A stretch of DNA of 38,796 nucleotides from a virus. Lineage: Duplodnaviria > Caudoviricetes. The stretch spans positions 1-38,796 of IMG/VR virus record IMGVR_UViG_3300048851_000186. One strand, written 5' to 3'. The position numbers were made by a program, and so were the translations under genes. The notes beneath the pieces were generated by a model. The model was not told the origin of the DNA. It saw nothing but the letters and a program-made list of their open reading frames with translations, and ran no database searches. This document shows positions 1 through 7,635 of this stretch, one piece after another; position 1 is the stretch's first letter, and each line of letters starts with the position of its first letter.

Positions 1-171
1 TCACAGGCTGGGGCGACTATAGTCAATTCCACCATCCTTCGATTGCTTCTGCTCAGGGAAGACCGTAACCACGGCATCGCCGATGCGGATTTCCACACGA
101 CAACCAGTTGCTTGGGCGACTTCTGCCGCCCGAAGCATGTCTTGTTTTCTGATGAGGGCAGGGGCTGACAT
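1..171 (-). CDS. Small 56-aa protein, putative excisionase/integrase-adjacent protein
   Basis: Manual translation MSAPALIRKQDMLRAAEVAQATGCRVEIRIGDAVVTVFPEQKQSKDGGIDYSRPSL*. Last visible gene of the leftward operon; resembles the small genes that precede integrases in rhizobial prophages. Confidence 0.6.
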   Translation of the reverse strand: MSAPALIRKQDMLRAAEVAQATGCRVEIRIGDAVVTVFPEQKQSKDGGIDYSRPSL

Positions 172-174
172 GGA

Positions 175-420
175 TCAGTTATCCCCGTTATTCGACTTAT
201 CCACAGGGGGCAAATACTCGGCATCCTCAAGACGGCTACGGGCATTCGCTACGCGCACCTTGGCCTGTTCCGCCAGCAGCTGCAGTGAGTGAAAGCCATC
301 GTCGATCTTCTGATCACGCGCCGGTTCTCCTAAACTTGACGCAATGAGATGGATGGCATTGATGAAGCCGAGGGCGTCCATCAGGTCACCGTCTGCGTCA
401 TGAATAATGTCATTCAGCAT
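175..420 (-). CDS. Hypothetical small helical protein
   Basis: 81-aa ORF; its ATG overlaps the upstream TGA (TGATG coupling). Confidence 0.75.
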   Translation of the reverse strand: MLNDIIHDADGDLMDALGFINAIHLIASSLGEPARDQKIDDGFHSLQLLAEQAKVRVANARSRLEDAEYLPPVDKSNNGDN

Positions 421-593
421 CAGGCAGCCCTCCGCTTCGGTCGCGCCGGTGCCGGCGAAAACTCTGGAATGAACTCGATCTCGCTGTCTTCGAGGTTCGG
501 ATCGCCGTCGATCTGGTCGAGCAGTTCAAGGGCTCGATCGATCCAGTGTTCTAGCTCGGCCCGGCGGAAATTGTAGATGGCGGGGCTTCTCAC
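420..593 (-). CDS. Hypothetical 57-aa protein (not in ORF track)
   Basis: GTG start, MRSPAIYNFRRAELEHWIDRALELLDQIDGDPNLEDSEIEFIPEFSPAPARPKRRAA*. Coupled at both ends (GTGA and TGATG). Confidence 0.75.
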   Translation of the reverse strand: MRSPAIYNFRRAELEHWIDRALELLDQIDGDPNLEDSEIEFIPEFSPAPARPKRRAA

Positions 594-805
594 TGGCTTG
601 CCCCCACCATTTCTTCGATGCGATCGCGAGCGACAAGGAGCTTGTTGTTGATCTCATCACAGACAGACTGGATGGCGTCGGCAGCTTCCCTAGACACGCC
701 GTCCCCACTTGCGGCCATGAGGACGGCGTGGTTGAGAGCGCGAACGTTGTTCACGATGTCGGCGATGTCGATGATCTGACTGCTGTTGGCTGAAATTGTC
801 GTCAT
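590..805 (-). CDS. Hypothetical small helical protein (71 aa)
   Basis: ATGA overlap with the upstream gene at 802-805, with AAGGAGG RBS. Confidence 0.8.
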   Translation of the reverse strand: MTTISANSSQIIDIADIVNNVRALNHAVLMAASGDGVSREAADAIQSVCDEINNKLLVARDRIEEMVGASQ

Positions 806-1065
806 TCGCCTGCGCCTCCTTTGTGGGGCACGTACTTCCACGTTCCCGGTTTATCGAAGACCTGGGTTTCGCAGTGCAGGCGGTTTGCCTCGCGATGAGA
901 AATCTTAAGCAGCGCATAAACACGGTCGAGGTCGTGGTTTCGTCCGCCGTCGGCTGTAGCGAAGCTCATCTCTCCAACGATCAGGTGAATAGCTTCCAGA
1001 GCGTGTGCCAGATCGGCGAGTTCGTAATAGATGTCGGATGGTTCGAAATCGGGTGACTGTGTCAT
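802..1065 (-). CDS. Hypothetical protein
   Basis: 87-aa ORF, ATGA-coupled, GGAGG RBS. Confidence 0.8.
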   Translation of the reverse strand: MTQSPDFEPSDIYYELADLAHALEAIHLIVGEMSFATADGGRNHDLDRVYALLKISHREANRLHCETQVFDKPGTWKYVPHKGGAGE

Positions 1066-1343
1066 GGTGCCGCCCTCCGCTTCCGTTCAGCTTGGATCCA
1101 GCTAAGCGCAGCCTTCATCATTGCCGGGATGACTGGGCTGTCGCCCGCCTCGTAGAACTCGAGTGCTAGTTCCAGAGCCATCTCTGTAGCCTCGGCATCC
1201 TCGGCGGTAGCACCCCAAGTCTCAAGCACCGCTAGAGCCGGCCTGAAGGTCGGCAGTGCCTTATCGTCATCGACCGTTGAGGCAAGATAACCATTCCAGT
1301 CGCGGCGATACTCATAGATTGCTTTGCTGAGGGAGGATCTCAA
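1062..1343 (-). CDS. Hypothetical protein
   Basis: 93-aa ORF; TTG start overlapping the upstream stop; GGGAGG RBS. Confidence 0.7.
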   Translation of the reverse strand: MRSSLSKAIYEYRRDWNGYLASTVDDDKALPTFRPALAVLETWGATAEDAEATEMALELALEFYEAGDSPVIPAMMKAALSWIQAERKRRAAP

Positions 1344-1681
1344 TGGTGCGCCCTCCCATCAAACGCCGCAAGGTAGGCGGTCTTGAACTCCCGGGTGCGG
1401 ACCTCGACATTGTTAATGGCAAAGAGGAAAGCTTCCAGTTCGTCTGGGTGAACAGAGTAGACCTTGCGCTCGCCGACAAGATTGTCGGCCCGGTGGAACA
1501 CGCGTTCTGCGAAGTCGCTGGTGATCCGGGCCATGTGAGAAAGGTCGTGGACCTGGCTTTCCAAGTCCCTCATGGCGCTCGCGACTACCTGGTCCCGAGA
1601 ATTCTTCAATTCGTCGACTATGTTCCCGGTCAGTTCGCCTAGCGATTTGAACGCGGGTGTGCTATCGGACTGATTGTCCAT
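1340..1681 (-). CDS. Hypothetical protein
   Basis: 113-aa ORF with AAGGA RBS. Confidence 0.8.
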   Translation of the reverse strand: MDNQSDSTPAFKSLGELTGNIVDELKNSRDQVVASAMRDLESQVHDLSHMARITSDFAERVFHRADNLVGERKVYSVHPDELEAFLFAINNVEVRTREFKTAYLAAFDGRAHH

Positions 1682-1753
1682 TTTGACATTCCTTGTGTTG
1701 GATGGGCTTCGCAGCGGCGGGGATCGGTCGCCAAACTTGCTCCCCGTCTGCTG

Positions 1754-1915
1754 TTATTCTCCGGCCAGGGCCGGCAGTTCCTTTTCCATTTGAGCCTGCA
1801 AGGCAACAACCAGTTCGGCGTTCTGAGTCCGTAGGTTTTTGCTCGCGGTTTTCGCTAGCCAAGACTTGACGTCTTCTGGCAGTCTTATCCTCATCTGCGG
1901 GTCTGTCCGCTTCAT
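1754..1915 (-). CDS. Arc family ribbon-helix-helix DNA-binding protein (53 aa, not in ORF track)
   Basis: MKRTDPQMRIRLPEDVKSWLAKTASKNLRTQNAELVVALQAQMEKELPALAGE*. Arc motif DPQxxxRLP...N.R..NAE; GGAGG RBS. Confidence 0.9.
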   Translation of the reverse strand: MKRTDPQMRIRLPEDVKSWLAKTASKNLRTQNAELVVALQAQMEKELPALAGE

Positions 1916-1924
1916 GTTCCCTCC

Positions 1925-2007
1925 ATGACGCATCTTGCGTCATCTGTTAACTATAGCTCACAGTGCGTCATTGTGGTCAAGCGGATTGTGCGTCATATGT
2001 GCGTCAT
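1925..2007. promoter_or_regulatory. Operator/promoter region between divergent Arc genes: five TGCGTCAT boxes
   Basis: ATGACGCA at 1925-1932 (inverted copy), and TGCGTCAT at 1936, 1964, 1989 and 2000. Minus-strand CTTGAC...CTATAG promoter-like pair. Confidence 0.8.
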
Positions 2008-2542
2008 GGCTAAAGACGATCCACATTTTCGGTTGAGAATTCCGCCTCAGTTGAAAGAGGCGATAGAAGAAGCCGCTCGAGACGATAAACGCTCTTTGAA
2101 CATGGAGATCGTTCAGAGGCTCTATCTCTCCTTTGATGCTGAAGAAGAAATCCGAGACTTGAAGAACCGCCTTTCGGCTCAAGAGGCGCTTACCGAAAGT
2201 CTCCGCGAGCAGAACAGGCATATTCGACACATCAACGAAGCGTATGAACAGCAAAATCTTGATTCTGCACGCCAGGCTGCTGGATGGGAAGAATGGGCAG
2301 CACGTGTCGTTACTGAGGAAAACACTGCTTACATAGTCCTGGATGGGGACGGAGCGCCGCAGTGTTGGGACGAAGCCATGGTGCATCTTGGAGCAATCCG
2401 TGAGGCTCTCGGGGATAGTGTAGAGCGCATTGATGCGAGTTTCGTCGACACAAAAAAAGAGCCCGGAGAGAGGCGCGTTAAGCAGTTGGCGAAGCTGGTC
2501 GACTTCTACCGGTCGAGGCGAAATATATCGCAAGAATCATAA
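2006..2542 (+). CDS. Arc/Mnt-like repressor with C-terminal coiled coil and extra domain
   Basis: N-terminus MAKDDPHFRLRIPPQLKEAIEEAARDDKRSLNMEIVQRL is a canonical Arc domain. The start lies within an operator box (possibly leaderless). Confidence 0.88.
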   Translation: MAKDDPHFRLRIPPQLKEAIEEAARDDKRSLNMEIVQRLYLSFDAEEEIRDLKNRLSAQEALTESLREQNRHIRHINEAYEQQNLDSARQAAGWEEWAARVVTEENTAYIVLDGDGAPQCWDEAMVHLGAIREALGDSVERIDASFVDTKKEPGERRVKQLAKLVDFYRSRRNISQES

Positions 2543-2604
2543 CGCCTTTTCGCGCATTGAAGAACCTTCGGGAAATGGGCCGTTTGCGTCGGGCCCTGCG
2601 ACGT

Positions 2605-2763
2605 TTACTTTGACGACCGGCCGGCAGCGAAGCCGACTGCGATCAGGATGATGCTCGTCATGAAGTCGAGCGCGGCGGCCAGGAGTGTGAACTGAAGCAG
2701 GATCAGGACAACGGCGACCGTCGCGAAGACGATCACTTTGCAGGACTTGACGAAATCAGACAT
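2605..2763 (-). CDS. Small two-TM membrane protein (52 aa)
   Basis: MSDFVKSCKVIVFATVAVVLILLQFTLLAAALDFMTSIILIAVGFAAGRSSK; overlaps the TerB stop. Confidence 0.7.
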   Translation of the reverse strand: MSDFVKSCKVIVFATVAVVLILLQFTLLAAALDFMTSIILIAVGFAAGRSSK

Positions 2764-3184
2764 CGTAGTTGGCGATGTTGAGGCCGAGGCGAGACGCGAT
2801 CTGCGCCAGGACAGCCTTTTCCTTTTTGTCAATCCCGCCGTGGTCGGCGACGTCGAGCGCCGACAGCAAGACCGTTTCCGCCATGTCGTGGTCGTTGGCG
2901 ATGTCTTCCAGCTCTTTATAGAGACCGGAACGGCCGACACGACCACCCTGTGCCCGCTTCAGCATCGCGTCGGCCGTCCGTTCGATGTCGGACGCCTTGA
3001 ACGCCGCCGCAAGCGAGGCGTTCGACGATACTGCCTTTACGGTCTGATCGACCTCGGCGTCAGATACATCGCCGTCGGCGGCTGCCACCAGGGCAGATGC
3101 GGCGCAAACAGCTTCGAGGAAGTCCTTGCGGCCGGAGAACTTATTGACGTTCCCGGCCAGTTTCGATTTGAGGGCTGCAAACAT
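2756..3184 (-). CDS. terB: TerB family (tellurite-resistance-like) protein
   Basis: Motifs ALVAAADGDVSDAE and DVADHGGIDKKEKAVLAQIASRLGL; GGAG RBS. Confidence 0.88.
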   Translation of the reverse strand: MFAALKSKLAGNVNKFSGRKDFLEAVCAASALVAAADGDVSDAEVDQTVKAVSSNASLAAAFKASDIERTADAMLKRAQGGRVGRSGLYKELEDIANDHDMAETVLLSALDVADHGGIDKKEKAVLAQIASRLGLNIANYDV

Positions 3185-3269
3185 GATTTCTCCATTCGTC
3201 TGCGGTGTATTGCAAACCGAAAGGAGATCAGGCGCACCTTCTTCGTCCCTTCGATGCCGCCACAGATAT

Positions 3270-3311
3270 CGGTTTGCAAACCGATTGTAAAGCGTTTCGG
3301 TTTAAAAACCT
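3270..3311. promoter_or_regulatory. Leftward operators (OL-like), CGGT-N6-ACCG
   Basis: CGGT-TTGCAA-ACCG at 3270-3283 and near-match CGGT-TTAAAA-ACCT at 3298-3311; same motif as between cI and cro. Confidence 0.75.
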
Positions 3312-3368
3312 GCGCCGAGATTGAAGAAACGATTCGACTCTCGATCCGAGTCCTGCTTTTTATGGGGG

Positions 3369-3383
3369 GAACAGAAAGGGAAC
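3369..3383 (+). promoter_or_regulatory. Alphaproteobacterial LexA (SOS) box
   Basis: GAAC-AGAAAGG-GAAC, an exact GAAC-N7-GAAC, 7 nt upstream of the ATG at 3391. Confidence 0.8.
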
Positions 3384-3390
3384 GGGTGGG

Positions 3391-3657
3391 ATGCGTTTGC
3401 TAAGCGTTGAGGAACACACGGAAGCGGAACGGCTCTTATGCGAGCTGACGGGGGTCGAGGTGCGATGCGACGACTGCGGGCGAAAAAGTTTGCTCGGCTT
3501 CAACGAACTTCAGGCCGCAACGTTCGCAGGCGTGTTTAGTTACTCACGGCTAGTAGAGCGGTTGAAGTGCCGCGAGTGCCCGTCCATGCCCCGGCAATGG
3601 AGACGGTTGAGCGTAAGTCCGCACTGGCGAAGTAGCGTTGTTCAGACGGTCGCGTGA
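3391..3657 (+). CDS. Small zinc-ribbon protein (CxxC...CxxC), probably SOS-regulated
   Basis: VRCDDCGR and LKCRECP motifs; convergent overlap with the cI 3' end. Confidence 0.8.
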   Translation: MRLLSVEEHTEAERLLCELTGVEVRCDDCGRKSLLGFNELQAATFAGVFSYSRLVERLKCRECPSMPRQWRRLSVSPHWRSSVVQTVA

Positions 3658-4364
3658 TGGACCACCTTATGAACGGAGAACACGTCGTCGTTCTCGAACT
3701 CAAGTTCTTTGGGCTCGCCCTCTTCTGGGTTGTGCTGCCAAAGCCGCAGAACCTTTGACGACCTCGATCGAAATTCTTTGATGTAGCTGGCCATCTCGTC
3801 GCCATCGACTTCTGGTCGCAACTGTACCACGACGTCATCCCCTGATCGCACGGGCGCCTGGGGGTTCAGCCACACAGTCTCTCCGGCTTTATAGCGCGGC
3901 TCCATGCTCGTTCCATACACCCGAACGGCATATGCGTTAGGCACATTTTCCAGCCCAGGCGGGCAGAAAATATCAGCGATTTTCTGCCCGTTCATAACGA
4001 ACTTGCCGTTCGGGCCTGCTTCAATCTGCCCCATGAGCGGGATAAGACGATCCTGCGCAAAACTTTGAAACTGCGGAGGGAAGCTGGCGTTTGGCTTTGG
4101 GCGTGCGGTGGTCGCCCCGTGACGCACAGGGGATGCTTCACCGTCGCCATCCACCAGCCAATTGACACTCACGCCAAGGATAGGAGCCAGGGCAGTAAGT
4201 GTTCTTAGGCTTACCGTGGCGTTGAAATTCTCAGCCTCGATCTGGCGCCGAATATTGCGGATCGCGTCGGGGCTTAGGCCAGCCGCTGTCGAGGCGCGGC
4301 TTTCCTTTAACCCGACAATCTCTAGGCGCTCCTGAATGCGAGCAAATATATTCCGTATGTCCAT
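3642..4364 (-). CDS. CI-like phage repressor (HTH + S24 autopeptidase)
   Basis: N-terminal HTH (ASTAAGLSPDAIRNIRR), AG cleavage site (IEAGP), catalytic Ser (GTSMEP) and Lys (YIKEF). Start assigned to MDIRN. Confidence 0.92.
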   Translation of the reverse strand: MDIRNIFARIQERLEIVGLKESRASTAAGLSPDAIRNIRRQIEAENFNATVSLRTLTALAPILGVSVNWLVDGDGEASPVRHGATTARPKPNASFPPQFQSFAQDRLIPLMGQIEAGPNGKFVMNGQKIADIFCPPGLENVPNAYAVRVYGTSMEPRYKAGETVWLNPQAPVRSGDDVVVQLRPEVDGDEMASYIKEFRSRSSKVLRLWQHNPEEGEPKELEFENDDVFSVHKVVHHATV

Positions 4365-4366
4365 GT

Positions 4367-4438
4367 CGGTATCCTTACCGTACGCGCGGAAAAAACAAAG
4401 CGGTGTGAAAACCGTTGACTTAACCGGTTTGCTAACCG
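4367..4438. promoter_or_regulatory. OR-like operator cluster between cI and cro
   Basis: CGGT-N6-ACCG at 4367-4380, 4401-4414 and 4425-4438, plus a near-match at 4413-4426; TTGACT -35 at 4415. Confidence 0.85.
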
Positions 4439-4448
4439 ATAAATGGGC

Positions 4449-4712
4449 ATGGCTCAAATTGCTTCGCTCATCAAAGTTAACGATGCCTTCCTAGACCTGA
4501 CCGGATCGAAGGAAGTCACAATAAGCTACCGCGTTTTTCGAGACAGCGGGAAGATCCGCAAACTGCGTGCCGGTGAGGATATCACCGTCACGCGCCTAAA
4601 CTCGGCAATGTCATGGTTCTTCGAAAACTGGCCCAACGGAAAGCCGCGACCTGTCGAGCTTCTACGATGGGCAGCGGAAGCAGAGTATCAGCCGAAGGGG
4701 GTTTCAGCATGA
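4449..4712 (+). CDS. Cro-like small DNA-binding protein
   Basis: Divergent from cI; TISYRVFRDSGKI...AMSWFFENWP is typical of alphaproteobacterial phage Cro-like proteins. Confidence 0.75.
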   Translation: MAQIASLIKVNDAFLDLTGSKEVTISYRVFRDSGKIRKLRAGEDITVTRLNSAMSWFFENWPNGKPRPVELLRWAAEAEYQPKGVSA

Positions 4713-4906
4713 CGGAAGCTCCCGCGCGTCTCGCGCACGTGCATGCACGCGAGGCTGACCTGAAAGCCGAGGACGCTTGGCACGCGTATGCTGACCTCTC
4801 GATCCTCGCTCAGAACACTATGAAGGTTGAAGACGGTATCGCTGCCGGCAAAGCCTGGGGTCGCTTCATGGCTCTGTTCGTCGAAGCGGAAATACCGCAG
4901 CCATGA
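4709..4906 (+). CDS. Hypothetical protein (65 aa)
   Basis: ATGA-coupled at both ends. Confidence 0.75.
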   Translation: MTEAPARLAHVHAREADLKAEDAWHAYADLSILAQNTMKVEDGIAAGKAWGRFMALFVEAEIPQP

Positions 4907-6351
4907 ACCAGCATGTCGCGCCCGTGAACATCGAAAAATACAATCTCGTCCTTGAGATCGAGCAGGAAGTGCTGGGCGCCATTCTGGTTTCCGGCAATCA
5001 CGCTGCGGTGCGTGGAACGATCAGGGCCGAACACTTCCTCGAGCCTTTCCATCGCCGCATCTTCGAAAACATCGAGCTGGCTGCCGAGCGCTACAAGACT
5101 GCGCGCCTCGACCTCGTCGTGAAGCTGTTCACGGCCGAAGAGGCGGCGCAATGCTCTGAGCGGCTGAAGATGACCGTCACAGCCTACCTCGCGAAGCTGG
5201 CGGCCAACACCACCGGCGGCGTCGCGCAGCTTCCCGCGAGCATGGCGAACCTGATCCAGGAGTGGGCGAGGGTGACGGTCGGTGCCGAAGCCGAACGTAT
5301 ATCGCTGGCCGCTGCTGATCCTGTTGTGGATCCTGCCGAACTCATCCGAACAGCAACCCGTTCGCTAGACGACATCGCAACAGGTCTGCGCGGAGGCGTC
5401 AAAGGCCGTACGCGGTATTCCCTTTCGGAAGCTGCAGACGGCGCCCTCGACGACGTGCAGGACGCTATGAAGCGGGGGAGCGGCATCACCGGCATAACCT
5501 GGGGCCTGTCCGATATCGATCACCTAACCGGCGGCATCCACCGGGGCGAAATGGTGGTGCTCGGCGCTCGTCCAGGAATGGGGAAGACAGCTGTTGGCCT
5601 GGGCGTTGGGATCAAGGCGGCACGCTCCGGTGCCGGCGTGGGGTTTATCTCGCTGGAAATGGGATCGAAGCGCCTGGCCATGCGTGCCCTGACGGATATC
5701 ATCTTCGATTGGAACCTCAAGGTTCCCTACAACGACCTGATAACCGGGCGCGTGTCGGAGAAGGACTTCGACGTGATCTGCAACGCGAAGCAGGACTTGA
5801 ACCGGCTGCCGCTGTGGATCGAGGAACAATCGGGCCTCACGATTTCCGACCTGCGCGTCAAGTTCGATCGTATGCAGGACGTCGCCGCTCGCAGCGGTAA
5901 CAAGATCGACCTGCTGATCGTCGACTACCTGCAGCTCGTCGCACCGTCCGGTCGATATGCCGGAAACAGAGTCGGCGAAGTCACCGAGATCTCTGCCGGC
6001 CTTCGCCAGATCGCCCGTGAGAACAATATCGCCATGGTCGCCTTGTCGCAGCTATCGCGCGGCGTCGAGAGCCGAGAGGACAAGCGTCCGATGCTTTCCG
6101 ACCTGCGCGATTCCGGCTCCATCGAGCAGGATGCTGACACCGTCGCGTTCCTGTTCCGTGAAGCCTACTACCTGGGCAAAGAGACCGGCAAGGACCCAGA
6201 CGACGACATGGAACGGCTCGATCGTCTTGAGCGCGTTCAGAACAAGCTCGAATTCATCATTGCCAAGCAGCGCAGCGGCCCGACGAAGACCGTCGACCTG
6301 TTCGTCGATATCGGCTGCTCGGCGGTGCGCAACGCTGCGAGGGTATTCTGA
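4903..6351 (+). CDS. dnaB: Replicative DNA helicase, DnaB family
   Basis: Walker A GARPGMGKT, LIVDYLQL, ALSQLSR, DLRDSGSIEQDAD, IAKQRSGP. Confidence 0.97.
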   Translation: MNQHVAPVNIEKYNLVLEIEQEVLGAILVSGNHAAVRGTIRAEHFLEPFHRRIFENIELAAERYKTARLDLVVKLFTAEEAAQCSERLKMTVTAYLAKLAANTTGGVAQLPASMANLIQEWARVTVGAEAERISLAAADPVVDPAELIRTATRSLDDIATGLRGGVKGRTRYSLSEAADGALDDVQDAMKRGSGITGITWGLSDIDHLTGGIHRGEMVVLGARPGMGKTAVGLGVGIKAARSGAGVGFISLEMGSKRLAMRALTDIIFDWNLKVPYNDLITGRVSEKDFDVICNAKQDLNRLPLWIEEQSGLTISDLRVKFDRMQDVAARSGNKIDLLIVDYLQLVAPSGRYAGNRVGEVTEISAGLRQIARENNIAMVALSQLSRGVESREDKRPMLSDLRDSGSIEQDADTVAFLFREAYYLGKETGKDPDDDMERLDRLERVQNKLEFIIAKQRSGPTKTVDLFVDIGCSAVRNAARVF

Positions 6352-7190
6352 TGTCGAAGGATCAGCTCAAGGTGAAGAACTGGGAGCAGTTCCAGCACTA
6401 CCGGGACCGCAACCCGCCGTGGATCAAGCTGCATTTCGCGCTGCTTGCTAGCGAAGATTGGGTGACGCTAGACGATGCTAGCAAGCTGCTAGCAGTCGTG
6501 TGCATGCTGATCGCGTCCCGCAACAATGGAATGGTGCCGAACAACCCCGCCTATCTAAAACGGGTAGCGTACCTAGATAGGCTTCCAAAACTCAAGCCAT
6601 TGATTGACTGTGGTTTTCTGGAAATTCCGCAAGCGGCTGCTAGCGTTGCGCAAGCACATGATAGCGCTTTGCAAGCGGATGCTAGACCAGAGACAGAGAC
6701 AGAGGCAGAGAATATAGATTCTTTGTCCGAAACGAGTTCGGACCAGCCGCTCAAAAAATCGAAAAAGGCAAAGCCGAAGAAGCAGTACACGGAAGCCTTC
6801 GAGAGCTTTTGGACGTCGTACCCACGAACACCGACCATGTCGAAGTCGGAAGCGTTCAGGGAATGGCAGAAGCTGGATGAGGCCGAACAGGTTTCCTGCG
6901 CCGGTGCCGTGTCGGCCTATGCCGCCTACCTCAAAATCAAGCCCGATCTTGAGACGGTTCATGCCTGCCGGTTCATTTCGCAGCGTCGGTTCGAAGGGTT
7001 CTCCGCCGAGCCTGCCAAGCCGGTCGACGAAGCGACGTGGACTAAGCGGCTGAGCTTTGGTCGGCGCGAAGCGAAGTGGGCTTCGGCAAAGTGGGGGCCG
7101 GCGCCCGGGCAGGCCGGATGCATCGTTCCCGCAAAACTTCTCCAACCGGCAGACGGTGCCGGCTGGCGCGAATGGGAGCAGGCAGCATGA
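6351..7190 (+). CDS. Phage replication initiator (O-like)
   Basis: N-terminal PWIKLH, ETETEAE linker, C-terminal FESFWTSYPR...K.EAFREWQKL; contains internal iterons. Confidence 0.8.
   Translation: MSKDQLKVKNWEQFQHYRDRNPPWIKLHFALLASEDWVTLDDASKLLAVVCMLIASRNNGMVPNNPAYLKRVAYLDRLPKLKPLIDCGFLEIPQAAASVAQAHDSALQADARPETETEAENIDSLSETSSDQPLKKSKKAKPKKQYTEAFESFWTSYPRTPTMSKSEAFREWQKLDEAEQVSCAGAVSAYAAYLKIKPDLETVHACRFISQRRFEGFSAEPAKPVDEATWTKRLSFGRREAKWASAKWGPAPGQAGCIVPAKLLQPADGAGWREWEQAA
6629..6710 (+). repeat. Putative replication origin: three 21-bp-period iterons plus AGAGAC repeats
   Basis: GCAAGC-nnn-TG(C/A)TAG units start at 6629, 6650 and 6671; further TGCTAGC at 6446, 6476 and 6487. Confidence 0.7.
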
Positions 7191-7372
7191 CGGCGGAAAA
7201 TCAACCTCTCGCCCAGCTCGTCGCGCTTTCCAAGCGCCTCGTCGAGCGTGTCGAGTTCGACGTAAACGGGATCCACGGCAAGGGCGGCAACGGTGGGCTG
7301 ACGTCCGACGACACGATCCGCGCGGCCGGCGAGATGCGGGTTCTGATCTCCAAAATTGAGAGGGAAGCATGA
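7187..7372 (+). CDS. Hypothetical protein (61 aa)
   Basis: ATGA-coupled; MTAENQPLAQL...GGNGGLTSDDTIRAA. Confidence 0.75.
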   Translation: MTAENQPLAQLVALSKRLVERVEFDVNGIHGKGGNGGLTSDDTIRAAGEMRVLISKIEREA

Positions 7373-7635
7373 TCGAAGGCCCTCCGTCCCGGCAGCTATT
7401 GGGATCATCATCAGTATCCATAAATGGCGACGAAAATCATTGCGTAGATTGGGACAAGAATGAAAACAGCGGCGGTTCCGAGCACGAAAACAACAAGAAC
7501 CCACTCCCAGAAAGTGCGCGGCCACATCTCGATCACTCCTTAGGTTCCTTCTCGAAATATCACCAGTCAGACATCGACCACAACCCGCTCGAGACGAGGG
7601 CGCTGCTGATCGAAGCAGGAATAAGGAGCAGCTGA
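7369..7635 (+). CDS. Hypothetical protein, possibly interrupted in frame by an antisense moron
   Basis: Coupled at both ends, but the middle is atypical (N/D/E-rich, the antisense of a hydrophobic ORF). Confidence 0.4.
   Translation: MIEGPPSRQLLGSSSVSINGDENHCVDWDKNENSGGSEHENNKNPLPESARPHLDHSLGSFSKYHQSDIDHNPLETRALLIEAGIRSS
7411..7527 (-). CDS. 38-aa hydrophobic membrane peptide (not in ORF track)
   Basis: AAGGAG RBS; MWPRTFWEWVLVVFVLGTAAVFILVPIYAMIFVAIYGY, ending TGA TGA TGA. Confidence 0.65.
   Translation of the reverse strand: MWPRTFWEWVLVVFVLGTAAVFILVPIYAMIFVAIYGY

Noticed and set aside
1662-1943. 93-aa minus ORF from the track
   Set aside because: A different frame (1754-1915) encodes a clear Arc domain with an RBS.
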